This document shows positions 26,798 to 40,335 of a stretch of 64,000 nucleotides of DNA, in pieces; the first letter of the stretch is position 1; each line of letters opens with the position of its first letter. The notes beneath the pieces are model-generated. The model did not search any database and was not told the origin of the DNA. It worked only from the letters and a program-made list of their open reading frames with translations. Location: contig NC_087245.1 in assembly GCF_037042905.1 (NCBI RefSeq), positions 10,604,001 through 10,668,000 on the forward strand, written 5' to 3'. A program made the translations under genes and the position numbers. Source of the DNA: Lytechinus pictus (taxonomy: Eukaryota).

Positions 26798-27388
26798 TTA
26801 GATAAAAACTGAACAAATGCTGGGCATGTTTGTTTAATACCTGACTCAGAACCATGTCCCCCCAAAAAGGAGGGCAAAGGCAGGCCCAAGCCAAGGCATA
26901 ATAAAGTTCAACATAAGTTCAACGATTAGAATTTTAAGTAGTTGGCTTATTTTTTTTAGAGTTTTGCATAGTTTTAGGTAAGAAGCCAAGCAATGGTAAG
27001 ACAACTTGGTCCTCACTTTATAAGGAGAAACATGCATCAGTGATTTGTTTTGGAAGAACTGAGGACATGAAGATTCCTTCAAATGTGCTTTAATCATTTG
27101 AGCTTACCAAGGAATTCAATTATTGATCAGTGGGTTATTGTGTGAATTTGTCTGCATTGTGTACTCAACAAGTCCTTTTGTATTGTCATGAGGCAAATGA
27201 ATCCAGGAGAGACTACCTTAATGCGTTTTTGTGAGAGAATGCAGACTTGCAGAGTAGAGAGACTAAAGATGAATAAAGATTACAATGACAGTTCCTTAAC
27301 CTCTTAAACTATAACTAACGTGTATTACTTTATTGTGAGGTTAAATCATTTAAAATGTTCTTTTTACTTTTTGAAATTTCTATTCTAG

Positions 27389-27598
27389 GAACAGAAAAAA
27401 GAACTTGCTGAAAAGAATCGCAAGCAGCAGGAGGAACTTGCAAAAGGCAGTCAGTCAGAATCATACCACCGTCAATTGCTGGCCACTAGAGGGCAGACTG
27501 CAGAGACGTGTAATCACCTTACATTGGATGAACAGAGAAGACTAGAGCATCAAGAGATTGTTAAAGAGCACTTTCTTAGGTCAAGATTACGCTACAAT
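27389..27598 (+). CDS. CCDC200-like protein, exon 2 (EQKKELAEKNRKQQEEL...HFLRSRLRYN)
   Basis: TATTCTAG acceptor, AAT|GTAAGT donor; 210 nt, phase 0-0; E/K/Q/R-rich coiled-coil composition; overlaps ORF 27476..27670. Confidence 0.8.
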
Positions 27599-28461
27599 GT
27601 AAGTCAAATAGTGAATACTTGTTTTTTTCATGTGGTTAAAGTTGGAATTAATTTCTTATGGGAAGCCTAGAAATAAATTTAAAGAAAGTCGCTGGGTGTA
27701 TAAAAAAAAAAAAACCTTAGTATAATGCTATTTGTTTCTGCAGGTTCAAAAGGAATAGCAGCACTTGTTACAATACAAGCAAAATAATAGATCACAGACC
27801 AGACATTGTGACAGTCTTTTAATCTCTGTTGGAAAGTAAAGAATTTTATGCTCTTTTGACAGTCACATTATTCATGCTTGCTCAGAAAAAAAAAACAGCT
27901 GAAAATTTTAATCATGCTCGTTATTCAGGGCAAGGGGCATAGTTTGTATAAATTGACAAGTCCACTTTTGGCAATCGGATGGAGAACTACATGTAGATTA
28001 TTCAACTTTCTTATAAGAAGGATCACTTGTACCTCTGATATTTCACAAATGTAGGTGCACATCATTACTATAAATAAACTTTTTTTCTTTAGAAATGTGG
28101 TATGGTTTACAGTCAAATAAAATATTGTCAATAATAGTGAATCCGCTATTTGCAAAAGATTTATTGGATAAATTACAGTATTCTAGATTTCTATATTTTG
28201 AAGGAATATCGGTATGACAGACAATGAATGGATCTTTACTTCGGCCTATGGTGGTTATGCTTCTTTGCATTTATGTTGTTTTTAAATGGGTCTTTTGCAG
28301 GCCTGGTCTTTTGCCATGTTCAGGTTGCCATACATTAACATTTATTTTAAGACTTGTGCTAGACACTGTTATTAATGGAAAATATTTCATTTTCCCTTGT
28401 CATTTGCCTTGAATTTCAGGAGTTGCATTTCATTGATGATTTCTTTTCTTTATTATTTCAG

Positions 28462-28488
28462 GATATTGACTGTGCTCAGCAGTGGTAG
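28462..28488 (+). CDS. CCDC200-like protein, exon 3 (DIDCAQQW*)
   Basis: Long pyrimidine tract and TTTCAG acceptor; in-frame TAG. The C-terminal QQW matches the recalled CCDC200 C-terminus (YIQQW). Confidence 0.72.
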   Translation, partial: DIDCAQQW

Positions 28489-31223
28489 ACAAGAATTCCA
28501 ACAACACAACTGAGAAAACTTTACAAACAACCTTTGATGTGGTACAAGTGATGAAAATGATAGGGAAGAATATGTTGCAACAGTGAAAGTAAATCAGTGC
28601 ATGTAATTGACTAAACGAGTGTAATAGTATTATTACAACATTTCATTTGCAGAATCTATGTACCACATTGAAATTATGCAGTGCCATAACCTACATGTAT
28701 AATGAGTCTAACTTTTCTGGACTAAATTTAGTCATTACCGGTACTAAAATATCCCAAATTGAACCTTGCTACTACATGATATGAACAGTAAGGGTTCTAA
28801 ACAATTTTGAATACAAAATTCAGAAAATGTTATGGAATAAGGAGAGGTTCTTATGGTTGCCAGTGCTTGATAATTTTTGGGATATTTTCAATAAATGGTT
28901 AGAACCCTTTTGATTTAAATCTCTTGTCAAGAGAAGCAAATAAATAAAGTTTAAACAGTTATTTAATTTTGAACTTGTGTTGTATCCAGTTTGCAAATCG
29001 TCTTGGAAATTGCATTTTATGCTAATGAAATATTTAGAATGTCCTATTAAAATTATTATTGACTGTGTTATTTTGCAATAATGTTGCATATTGATGATTA
29101 AAATTATTTTGATTATGTTTCATCTTCATTCACTTATCAATTTATTGTAATGTGGGATGTCATTCACATGTACAGTACATGTATTGTAAAATGCACCTCT
29201 TTACTGTCTATTGTTGGCATTGTATTTTTTTTTTCCAAGACAAAGGGGTCGTTAATAAAATATAAACATTTTGTATGTGTATGTATATGTGTGTGTATGT
29301 GTGTGTGTGTGTGTAGGGGGGTACTGCTGCTGGTGAATCTGTCAAGTGTTTGTGGTACATGCATTTAGTATTGTGGAATGATTTGGAGTAACTTTGATTC
29401 GTTTCTTATGTATCATATGATGGTTGGCCTGTTGGTAGTCAGGTATTGTGTTTATATATACATGTATACAATTCATAAGAGATTTAATTCAACACTTTTC
29501 AAGTGGACTTTTCAATCAATAATTTTACAGTAACATTTATTTTATACTTATTGAATTATAATCTTGAGGAATTATGTTTTCAATGTCTAAATCATGCAAT
29601 TTGTGCCATGTAGCTAGAACCCCAAACATTTAACATATTCATTAAATATGTGCATCAAAGTTGCTTTATTCAAACAAGATAAGAATGAAAAAATATTAAG
29701 AACGTGTTCATTTGAATGGTGAGTGCAATGGCAACATGTAAATTTCTCAATTACCTTGCGACTCTTAGGCCTCATAAATAATTTACAGATTATCAAGATG
29801 CTGTAGGTTTTTTTATCATAAAAATGGTAATGGATTACTCAAACACTAATCAATTAACACTAATTATTCCCTAGGCAACAGTACAATATAATCACAACCA
29901 AAATTTTGCTTCGTAATGTGGATGAATTTTAACCATATCAAAATGAGATTAAAAATGAATTGATGTTGTATATGGAGCTGTAAAATTGTATTTTTTTAAA
30001 TTGTCAAATTGCCACTTGTTTCGTCCATACCTGTATTAGTGCATTATTTGTCATGTGGTTACTTTCTTTTCCTTGTGAAATTGTACATCATTTGCATTTG
30101 GCATTATATCTTTTTATTCTCTGAATAATACAAAGTTGATGTCAAACTTATTGCTGAGTTGTTCAAGACATCACAATTTGGTCTTTTCGTTATGTAGGCT
30201 GATTTCTTTACTTTATACAAGTTAACTCAAATTATTTGCATTCCATAAAGGCCCTTTTCCTATTTGTAGCTATCCATCTATTCGTCCGTCCATCCATAGA
30301 TGTTCAGTAAAAAGTCACATTAATCTCATTTGTGTGTGTGTGTATGTGTGTGCACGGGGAGGGGTTTTTTCATTTGCTTTAGTACATCATGTACATGTAT
30401 GTTAAAAAAAAAGCTGATTGCTTTCTTGGTGCTTGCAAGAAAATGATGATAATCCCATTTTGTCCTTTTTCATAGTCGAAAGCTATTTTTACTATTTTTA
30501 TTGTCGATGCACAAACTATCATGTAATTTTCTTTTCAAATTCTCTGTAACTTTTAAATCATGATCTATGCAGTATAATAAATGTATTTGTGTAAGTAAAA
30601 AATGCAATATTTTATGTTATTGAAGTCGTCATATTTATTATTTTAGTTAAGAATTTAATGGAGATGGGTTGGGTCACCGTGGCAGTGCGCCTCGCCTGCG
30701 GAGATTTCGAATTAATTGAAGGTAAATAAGACAAGATATGATATTGATATGCATTTTCTCATTCCCATTTCCGCAAAATTATGGACGCACAGTTGAAGAA
30801 CAGTTTTCTGAATCTATAGTTGTCATGTTGTCATCTCGTGTTTAATAATATTAATGGAAGCTCCTTGATATACGCATGTATTACCATTGCCAATATTTGA
30901 ATCATTCTAGCAAATGTAATCAAATTCCGTTTTATAATAATAAGATAATTAGTGTACCTTTACTTTAGTAACGTTTATGACATGAAAGTTAGCAAATTAT
31001 TATGGCAGATTCTCGTAATCATTTTTTTTTTTTTTTTTTTTTTTTTGGGGGGGGGGGGGTAGGATCTAAAAGGAAAAACAAAGTAGTAACTTTAATTAAC
31101 ATTTCGTGGTATACCTTACCGGAGATAAAGAGTGAGAGAGACAAAGGGGAGGAAGAAAGAGGGAAAGTTGGAGAAAGGCGGGGTAAAAAAGGGATGATAG
31201 TGAGACAATGGGGGATAGAATGC

Positions 31224-31430
31224 GTTCCATGACATTTGCTTTGGCGACAATTGCTCCGATGAAAAATCTGCACATTAAGCAAAACATTAAATCTAACCTC
31301 CAAAACTAAATAAACCCTAATCCTAATCTTTACATTATTCTGAACCAAAAACTATTACAATCCTAACTCTAACCCTATGCCCTCTGAGATATTAAGACCG
31401 GAGCGAATGTCGCAGGAACAATTGTGTCAC
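31224..31430. repeat. ~200-bp interspersed inverted-repeat element with CTAACCCT-rich core, copy 1
   Basis: CCATGACATTTGCT..GGCGACAATTGCTCCG ... CCGGAGCGAATGTCGCAGGAACAATTGTGTCACC; near-identical copy at 56711-56923. Confidence 0.7.
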
Positions 31431-31944
31431 CATGGAATGGGCATTCATATTCATTTGAATTAATTTATATTCATTATTCCCCACCAACACAAAGTGGGGG
31501 GAGGGGGGTAGGTGGGTGGGATACGGAATTTGACCGGAATGTCGAAAACGTGTTTATCTTTGACACATTAATTTTTATTTTTCACGTCGGAAATTTTTTG
31601 AAGAAAAAAGTGGTATCGTTTTTGGACCCCCTCGGCTGGTAAATCCTAGATCCGGGGCAACTGCGTTTCCATGGAATTAGGCCTAAATGAGGGAAAACAA
31701 ATCTTGATAAGGGGAAGCCACTATTTTCACCCAGTGATCATGAGACTTGGCACCACTGGCATATGGATTTATTGGGGAGGGGGCTTGGGGAAACTGGACC
31801 AATTCCCCCGAAAATCCATGACTATATAGAAAGAAAGGGTTAAAAGAAAGAGAAAAGGGTGAAATTTCTTAAATTTTTGATATTACATTTTTTTCAATAG
31901 TAGGTCTATCAAATAAAAAATTGTATAAAAAAGATTGTCCTTTT

Positions 31945-32030
31945 ATTTATCTATCTATCTATCTATTATTAATCTATCTATCTATATATCTACCTATCTA
32001 CCTACCTACCTATCTATTTATATCTATCTA
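31945..32030. repeat. (CTAT)n/(CTAC)n microsatellite
   Basis: Direct reading of tetranucleotide runs. Confidence 0.85.
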
Positions 32031-34037
32031 GGCCTTTGTATCCATGTATGATCTACATGTAGTTTAAACCAACATAGTAAGTTGCGAGAAATAGAATCGA
32101 AGAAGCCCATTTTGATTCGTCGATAAACATGGGGGGGGGGGGGGGTGCAATTTAATTGCTTTCTTCCGTCCCATCGTTATCTTCACTCACAAAGAGGTAA
32201 ACATCGTCTCGGGGTGGGGATGAGGCCCTGATCAGTTGAAGCTGATTAAACTAATCAACTCTCTATACGATGAAGAATATCATGTGATGGAGCGATCGAG
32301 AATTCGTGTTTGGAAGCTTTGTCTTGTGTGTATCGATATAAAAGGGTGACTATGGTTTCGGTAAGATGATTATATTGATTTTCATGTTAATGCAAAAAAT
32401 GATAGCAAATTGTTGACTTTTTCTACAGCTGTTCTACCATTATATTAGTTTAAGTCTCCCCACTAATGCTCTTACAGTTGAGTGGTGTGCATTGTTTGAT
32501 GCATGGAATGTAGGGGAATGAGGGCAACGGCAAGTTGATAATGGGTTAGGTCGTATGTCAAATAAATGGAAAAAACACCACGTGTGAGACAGTTCTACAC
32601 ATTCGATGCTTCTATCTTGCAGGAATGCATATCTTCTCTCCGGCTGCTGTAACTTACTATAAAATGATACTTTTACAAGCAATCATCTGATAAGGATTTA
32701 ATCTCAGGTAAATTTATTTATTATTTTCTGTATTTTCATTTGTTTAGCCAGATTTCAAAAGTACACTTAATATATACAAAGTCATGTATGTTGTAAAATA
32801 GTGTTTTTGTTGACATTTGGGATGTATCTGATATGCAGATTATTTACTTCTTGGAAAATCATAATAAGCAGGAGGAATTCAGAACCATTTCAAGCGTTAC
32901 TGATACATTTTGAACTTAAATGATATAAAACGCGTCTTTTATGATTCACTCAGAGTCTCAAACGTCTGAAGATATAATTGCGACGTAATTAATGAGAAGC
33001 TTTCCAAGCCATTCTAAATTGTTATTTTCACAGAAATTCGATTTTTTTTTTCACCAATGAATTCAAGAGTCTTACCCATGAATCTAAATCCCATTAGTAA
33101 TATAGGCATATCATTCATGACTACAAAAAGGCACTTTGTGACATTCATTCGGGGAAGCAGCACATGCTTGTGACTTGCCAAATTGAAATTTCACAAATTT
33201 ATTACTCATTCCTTTAGACATTCAAAATTTATTGTCATGCACAAGGAAAAAAATATTACAAATGACATAAAAATCATAATCTGGCTATTGGTGTACACAA
33301 TCCTGATGGATTTGGCAAAACATTAATCGATACGTTTCATAATTTCCCTGCTTTCATTGAAACCATCATCAAATAACGATGTTATACCTCCTGAATTAAA
33401 TTTTAGATAATAAATCCAACAAGAAAAAAAAGTGATTGACCTAATTGTAAAAAAAATGAATTGAAAACAAACAAAGTAATAATTTTTTAAAATTGTTTTA
33501 TATTTCAGATTTTACTCTGTGATTTAAATAGATTTGAACTGACAGTAGACTATCCCTTTAGAAGTACTTTTGATTGGTGTTTGAAACAAAATGGAATATT
33601 TCCCTCCGAGCTTCTGAAACTTAACACCGAAAATATGTGATATTTTCTTTCACCTTGATGCAAAATTGATAGACGACATGGATCACTATTTAAAAGCAAA
33701 TAATAATTATTAGTATGCGATTATCTTTACCTGATACTAAACTGAATGCAAAGTGACAAAATGAGAACAATGATGGAAATTAGACCTATTATGAAGACAT
33801 AACAGGAAAAAAACCCTATCTATATAGCAGGGAAAAGAGAACATTTAATGTAAAATAAAAATGGGCCTATTGACATAATCACAAAAATTGAAGAAAAAAA
33901 ATGACAAATAGAAAAATATATAAACAAAAGAGAAGAAACTTGAATCCATAACCCATGAAATATCATACAAAACACATACGTACTTTTTTTTATAGATTTC
34001 ATTTGAAACAGTGAACGTTTCTCTTCAAGTTGGTGAA

Positions 34038-34113
34038 ATGGAAAACATGGCAGTCTTAATCAGTCTACTCGCCTTAGTAGTTTTGGTATACTCGGTGGAT
34101 TCGGCACCTATAT
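34038..34113 (+). CDS. CUB/mucin protein exon 1: signal peptide (MENMAVLISLLALVVLVYSVDSAPI)
   Basis: Hydrophobic core plus VDS-AP cleavage-like site; T|GTAAGT phase-1 donor; 76 nt. Confidence 0.8.
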
Positions 34114-35014
34114 GTAAGTATAGGCCCCTATAGTGTTTTAACTATGACATGTTTATTGATAGGTACGAAGGCTTTTAATAATTGGATAATGATACCTAAA
34201 AATGTTTTCAATCTGTGCAACTATATTTGTCCTTTTGTTCAAGGACTTTAAAAGTTCTGTGTGTTGAACCCATGATATCTTTAAGTATTTTTTTTTTTGA
34301 AAAAAAAATCCATCGATTTAAATTTGATTGTTTTTTACTATAGCAATAGTGGTTGGGTGACGTACAAATGAGTATTAAGAATGTTATAATGATCTTCAAA
34401 AGGATAAAATAATTATTGGCAAAGAAGCCATGGTTATTTACTTAATGTTAACACAGCTATTTCCTATAAAACGCAAGAAAAGGTATTCTATCATTATCAT
34501 GTTATGTGCATTTTCAAGAGGGATGGTATGGGGAGGGGATGCACCGATCCAGTACAAGCTTATCCGGACTTTTCGCATTTACTACGGAAACACTCTACAA
34601 CGCACCAATTCCTTTTAAAATTTAAGTCAAATCACAACGGAGAGCTGAGAGGCTTTTGTCGAAAGTTGGTGGACCGAGACAGCATCGGAATCTCTTGACT
34701 CTGCATGGACAAAGGAATCGATGCGTTGTAGAAAGTTTCCCCGTAGTACATGCGAAAACTCTCTATTAAATCACGAAAGACGGCGTGTTATTCCTGGTAA
34801 TATATTGCTAGTGATGGTCACATTACTGAATAATACTGACGAATACTTATCAGTGAGCAACAAGGGTACCGACCATTTAAGAATCTCTTCTATGCAGTAT
34901 ATTATTTTCATTGAATGCAAGCAAACACCAATTCTTCTGAATACTCCGCCGTATGACCTTCTGGGTCTGCAACGTTGTTTTTAAAGACATTTTCTGATGT
35001 CTTTATCTCTTCAG

Positions 35015-35171
35015 TGGTGAACATAACCTTAGCATCAGGAAGTACAAAACTCATACAGTCATTGAATTACCCATCTAACTACACTAATTATATGGATTAT
35101 ACTTGGAAAGTCAGTGCCCCTGATGACCAGTCAGTTGAGGTCATATTCATAGACTTTGCACTGGAAGAAGG
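35015..35171 (+). CDS. CUB/mucin protein exon 2: CUB1 N-half
   Basis: IQSLNYPSNY...YTWKVSAP...FIDFALEEG; TTCAG acceptor, GG|GTAAGT donor; 157 nt. Confidence 0.9.
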
Positions 35172-35413
35172 GTAAGTTATCCGAGAGACTTAACTATTAA
35201 AAAAGCTCTTATTTGTAACATTATTCATAGACTTTGAACCGGATTAAGAAGAAGTTATCGAGAAAAAAGACAATATCTCATTCATAGTTCTACTATTCAA
35301 AGAAAAAAAAAGTAAATGTGAAAATCTATCGGAGAAATAATAATGTACATACACAAAATTGTAATCATTCCTGCCATAATTATTCGCTAAACTGGATTGT
35401 GCAGAATAGTATA

Positions 35414-36231
35414 CAGTGCGTCCCACAAAAAAACGAAACCGAGATTTATCGATGATTTATCATAACTTAATCAAAAATACAATAGACAAATGACCTACCA
35501 TTGTAAAGCTTAGAATCTCCTCTTTCATCTAAAATTACTTAGATTATTTCTCATTCACGCATGGGTGAGCAAAACAATTTGAAGAGGGGATACCAAAAAG
35601 TCATTTGGCGGGCTGTATCTGGGTTTCAAAAAGAAAACCACAATTTTAAAAAGTTCAATATCTGCTCTTTAATTTGATACCTCAATTACAGAAAATGGTC
35701 AAGAAATAACAAAGTTCTTGTTATTTGAAATAAGGCTTGAATTTCAATAATTTCAAAAATGAAGAGGTTTTACAGGCTAGCGTTCAAACTCACTCGACAC
35801 TCCGTTTTGTTGACGATCAGCCATGCATTAATTATTTTGTTACAGTGCGATAGCTTCAGTGGGAAACCGGTGAAAACACGTTTATTTAATGAAATTATGG
35901 AAATACAAGCATTGTTTCGAGGGATCATAACTTTTTTACTACTTGACCATTTTCTGTGATTTAGGTATCAAAGAAAAGAGAAGATATCGAACTTTTTAGT
36001 CATGTGATTTTCTTTTTGAAATTCAGATACCCCCCGCCAAATGAGTTTTTGGCATCCTTTCTTCGAATTGTTTTTGCTCAATCATGCGTGAATGAGGAAT
36101 AATCTAAGTAATACCAGATGAAAGAGGAGATTCCAAGCTTTACATTGGTAGGTCATTTGTCTATTTCATTTATGATTAAGTTATGATAAATCATCGCTAA
36201 ATCTCGGTTTCGTTTTTTCTGGGACGCACTG
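35414..36231. mobile_element. Tc1/mariner-type MITE (818 bp, TA TSD, very long inverted arms)
   Basis: TA|CAGTGCGTCCCACAAAAAAACGAAACCGAG ... CTCGGTTTCGTTTTTTCTGGGACGCACTG|TA; arms stay complementary for ~300 bp. Confidence 0.88.
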
Positions 36232-36388
36232 TATAGTACCAGAGAGCAAAGTAAAAAAAAAGTTAATTCGTCATTACAACCTCTTTTCAAGAGCTGCGAT
36301 TTGTGTCAAATATGCAAAGAATTGTTGACAACGCGTGCTTAATAAAATGAATGCTTTCATGAACCTCCTTTTTTCTCAATTATAATAG

Positions 36389-36582
36389 TTACGACTTTCT
36401 TTCGGTTGAGTATAATCATTCAGAAAGGAGTGGACAAGGCATCCTCCTGGCGAACCTGACAGGCTCAACGTATCCTACAAAACTGACCTCTCCTGTTAAC
36501 AATCTATGGGTTCGATTCACATCGGACTACAGCATTACAGCCCCTGGGTTTTCTATTAAAGTTAAGGCAGTTCCCTTGACAG
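36389..36582 (+). CDS. CUB/mucin protein exon 3: CUB1 C-half
   Basis: YDFLSVEY...NLTGS...NNLWVRFTSDYSITAPGFSI; AATAG acceptor, CAG|GTGATG donor; 194 nt. Confidence 0.9.
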
Positions 36583-37144
36583 GTGATGTCACTTACTTTT
36601 TTTTATACAATGAATCAAGTTTTGTTTAAATATTGAGGTTTCATGTATAAATGATATTCAACCTTATAGCACTCACGATGATTACTAGATAATGTGAAAT
36701 AGAATGTTAAACTTCTTTGATTTTTTTAACAATGTCACGTTGGACTACGCTCTATTACATTATTATTGTCAAAAAAAATTGGTTGCCTAAAACCGATTAG
36801 TTGTATGAACAACGAAACTAGATCACTAAAAGAAGATTTCACAGTTTAACTTTCCTTAGAAAGCTACGAATCTGTATATGAAATGACATGATAGGTTATT
36901 CATGTCGTAGATCTTAATGAAATAAACTGTACTTAATGGTCAATTGACACATTTTATGTTGTCTCTTAAGTGGGTTATATCAAATGCATTCTTATAGAAT
37001 CAGGGAAAAGTCTCTTGTACAGGATGACGACGATCTTTTCAAAGTGAAAAAAATATCCGCGTTTATCACAATATAGTAGCAATAGCCTTATCAGTAAATG
37101 TAGTTTCTTAAAGGGGTTTTGTGTGTGATTACTCTAACTTTCAG

Positions 37145-38344
37145 ATGCAGTTACAACCGAAAACATCGCAACAACTTTAGAAACAGTATCCCAGTCAACA
37201 ACATCCCCATCCCTGTCGACATCTCATTATACAGACCCAACCGTTTCGTATTTATCTGAGGACCAAACTCTCTTGACAACAATGCAAACAGCATCAACTC
37301 GAGGTGTGTCAGGGAGTCAAGAAATGGTCGAACACTCTACTGGGTCAGTTCAAGAAAGTTCCGCTTCATCTTCATCAGATATGTTGTTTTCAACTGATAC
37401 AATAGACTTAACAACGATGGAAACAGCTCCCACATCAATGCAGCTGATGGACGATGCACACACAAGTGAACTGGTAACCACTGACACTATCCCTGCAACT
37501 TCACCCGTTGTTTCAAAGATTTCCGCGCACATGACATCCAAGGACACCACTTTTGAGATGATTGGCACAGTAACTCCTGAAGATTCATCTCAATATTCCA
37601 CACAGTCAAACCTACAAACGACTATTACTCCTTCATCAGGGTCCACTATTCCATTGACATCAAGTGACACAACCTCCCTACCATTGCAGACATTAACACT
37701 GACGACAGAGACAGACTCAAATAGACAGTCTGAGTCAACTCTAGAAACCACCACAGAGTCCACTGTTTCATTGAACCCAAGTGATACCAAGCTGACAACG
37801 GAGGAAACGAATGTTGTTACAACAGAAGTGAAAGATGAGGTCACTTCTGGAACGATCAAGATCACACACATGTACATGCAGACGTCGGGTAACCCAACAC
37901 AGGCCTCCTATGAAGACACAACCCTACCATACGATAGTTTTACTTCACTCACTTCAAGATTATCTTCAGACATATTTCATTTGACAAACATGGAAACATC
38001 ATCCAATCCATCAGACGCACCGGATGCACAAACCTCGCAAGAATGGGAAGAGCCCACAACATTTATTGCACAAACCCTACCAGAGATATCAGAGGACCCT
38101 GAAACGCCACCTTCATCAACATCGGCGATAGGTGCATCCATCCAATCGCAAACTCACGATGCCTCCACCACCCAAGGAATGATGAAGTCAGTCTCTATTA
38201 CCGCAACATCTTCAGATTCGAATACAGCACTAATCCCAGCTTCCGAAGCAACAATTAGAAGCACATCATACTCAACAATAGAACCAAACGTTGACACCAC
38301 AGAGTCCGAATCTACCCAGTTACCCGGCACAACCCATCCTGCAG
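37145..38344 (+). CDS. CUB/mucin protein exon 4: S/T-rich mucin-like stalk (~400 aa)
   Basis: TTTCAG acceptor, CAG|GTAATT donor; 1200 nt, phase 1-1; same frame as ORF 37273..38388. Confidence 0.9.
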
Positions 38345-38751
38345 GTAATTTCTTTTCTTTAACATGTTTAATCCAGTTCATACTTTAACAGTACACAGCC
38401 ACATTCGACCTATAGATGGAAACATGATTCTGTTACTAATAATTCAATACATTTACTATGATAAGATGTTTCGGAAAAAAAATGAATATTTTACACGTTC
38501 TATGAATAACAGCAAACGAAATAATATTTCTGGTCGCAATTAAACGAAAAACGTGAGTATTGAAAAACCAGATGATACACCTCTGATACAATTTTGATGA
38601 CTGTTTGTGTTCTTGTCATGAAATGTTACATGTTGCCCTTCCTGACATGCCTGACGAAGTTTCACAGGCCCACCACTCACCACTACTATAACAGTATGAT
38701 ATTTTTTTAAATTATATTCCCTTTCCCGATTTATTTTGCACGTTTCTCCAG

Positions 38752-38908
38752 ATATGGATATTAACCTGGAATCTGGAGATTCCAATACGGTGCAATCTCC
38801 GAACTATCCATCTAACTACGATAATAATCTTGACTATTCATGGTACATCACCGCCCCGCTTGACCATACAATTAACATTGAATTCCAGGAGTTGTATTTA
38901 GAAACAGG
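38752..38908 (+). CDS. CUB/mucin protein exon 5: CUB2 N-half
   Basis: VQSPNYPSNYDNNLDYSWYITAP...LETG; CTCCAG acceptor, GG|GTAAGA donor; 157 nt, same size as exon 2. Confidence 0.9.
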
Positions 38909-39264
38909 GTAAGATGATTAACTTAACTGTAGTAAAATGAGTCATTCGATCATATTGTCAAAAATATTATTTTGATGAGGACTTGTAGGATTGCTACTCC
39001 AGGTTAAATGTAATAAATAATTCTCTCACTCCCTTAAGTACAAATGCACTTACTTTCTAGTAGGTAAGGATGGACTTGATATTAAAGCCATATGAATTTG
39101 ACATTTTGAAAGTGTTATTTACTCTCATAGGTTTAATTTACACAAAGGTTAAGCAAAACATGAATGTTATAAGATTAAAAAGGAAAGTTTCTCTCACAAA
39201 GTATTTTCCATATTTCTTAAAGTCCTCATTTGCATATTCGCATCACATTTTTTCCTTCATGCAG

Positions 39265-39563
39265 GTATGACTTTCTTAGGTTCGAGTATGAATCCTCAGA
39301 TGGTTATAGTAGTCGTACATCAATAGCCAACATCACTGGAACATCCCATCCGTCTGTTCTTATATGCCCTGTCAACAACGTATGGATTCGATTCACGACA
39401 GATAGCTCCATAACTAAAATGGGGTTTTCAATAGTTGTTACTGCTGTTGCCACAACTGCAGTGCCAACCTCAGCTACTGCTTCCACATTACTATCATCCC
39501 CTACGTCACCACTCACTGAAACAGCTGGATCGTTACAACCATCATTATCGACAGCGGTTGCAG
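39265..39563 (+). CDS. CUB/mucin protein exon 6: CUB2 C-half plus short S/T linker
   Basis: YDFLRFEY...NNVWIRFTTDSSITKMGFSI; TGCAG acceptor, CAG|GTAGGT donor; 299 nt. Confidence 0.9.
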
Positions 39564-40146
39564 GTAGGTACCTCGTTGGATTTGAACAACTGCATGGCCT
39601 GTCCATTTAACTCCAGTCACATCTCATAAAATAACATAAAAATTATTTTGCTGGTAATGGAAATAAATTACCCTGTTCAGCAGTGTGCTCGATAATATTC
39701 GGGTACAAAAACAACTACAATATTAGGCATCTTTGCCCTCTTTTTCTTTTAGGGTGCAGAATTGCACCCCAAAATTGCTGCCATACTTGCAATTTTATGT
39801 GGATGCAAAAATACATCTTTATTTTAAATATTTGAAAAATAAACAAATAAATAGTGAAAACAGTGAGACAAGAACAATGTAGTTTCGTAAACTTGGTCTT
39901 ATACATTAGTACTCGGAATAGAAGACAACTTCCACATTTATTGCTACAATATCTATCGCTGAACTGCAAGTAGTTTAAATACAAAGTCTTCGGCTAACCC
40001 AAGACCTAAATCAGCCTATTTACTGACAATAACAGCAGGATTGTCTATAAAAAACGATTTATTTTCTACTATTTTATCACTTGTAAAGTAGTAGAGGATT
40101 AAACTGGAGTAATCCACATCCTTTTGAGAAATTGTTTTATTCACAG

Positions 40147-40303
40147 AAACATACGTTCACCTAACATCGGAAAATTCCCAGACGATCCATTCACGAAATT
40201 ACCCATCTAACTACGATAATGACATTGATTCTATCTGGTACATCACTGCTCCAGTGGACTATACGATCAGGGTAGACTTTGGAGATTTCAATCTTGAAAC
40301 AAA
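40147..40303 (+). CDS. CUB/mucin protein exon 7: CUB3 N-half
   Basis: IHSRNYPSNYDNDIDSIWYITAP...FGDFNLET; TCACAG acceptor, AA|GTAAGA donor; 157 nt. Confidence 0.9.
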
Positions 40304-40335
40304 GTAAGATGATTTTTGTTCCTCACAAGGTATAT

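Noticed and set aside
31290..31378. Telomere-like CTAACCCT repeats
   Set aside because: Degenerate and internal to an interspersed repeat that recurs at 56.7 kb; not a telomeric array.
38645..38675. CTGACGAAG as another hammerhead core (also CTGATGAG near 2258 and CTGAAGAG near 61350)
   Set aside because: No stem II followed by GAAA and an NUH site with a closing stem I.
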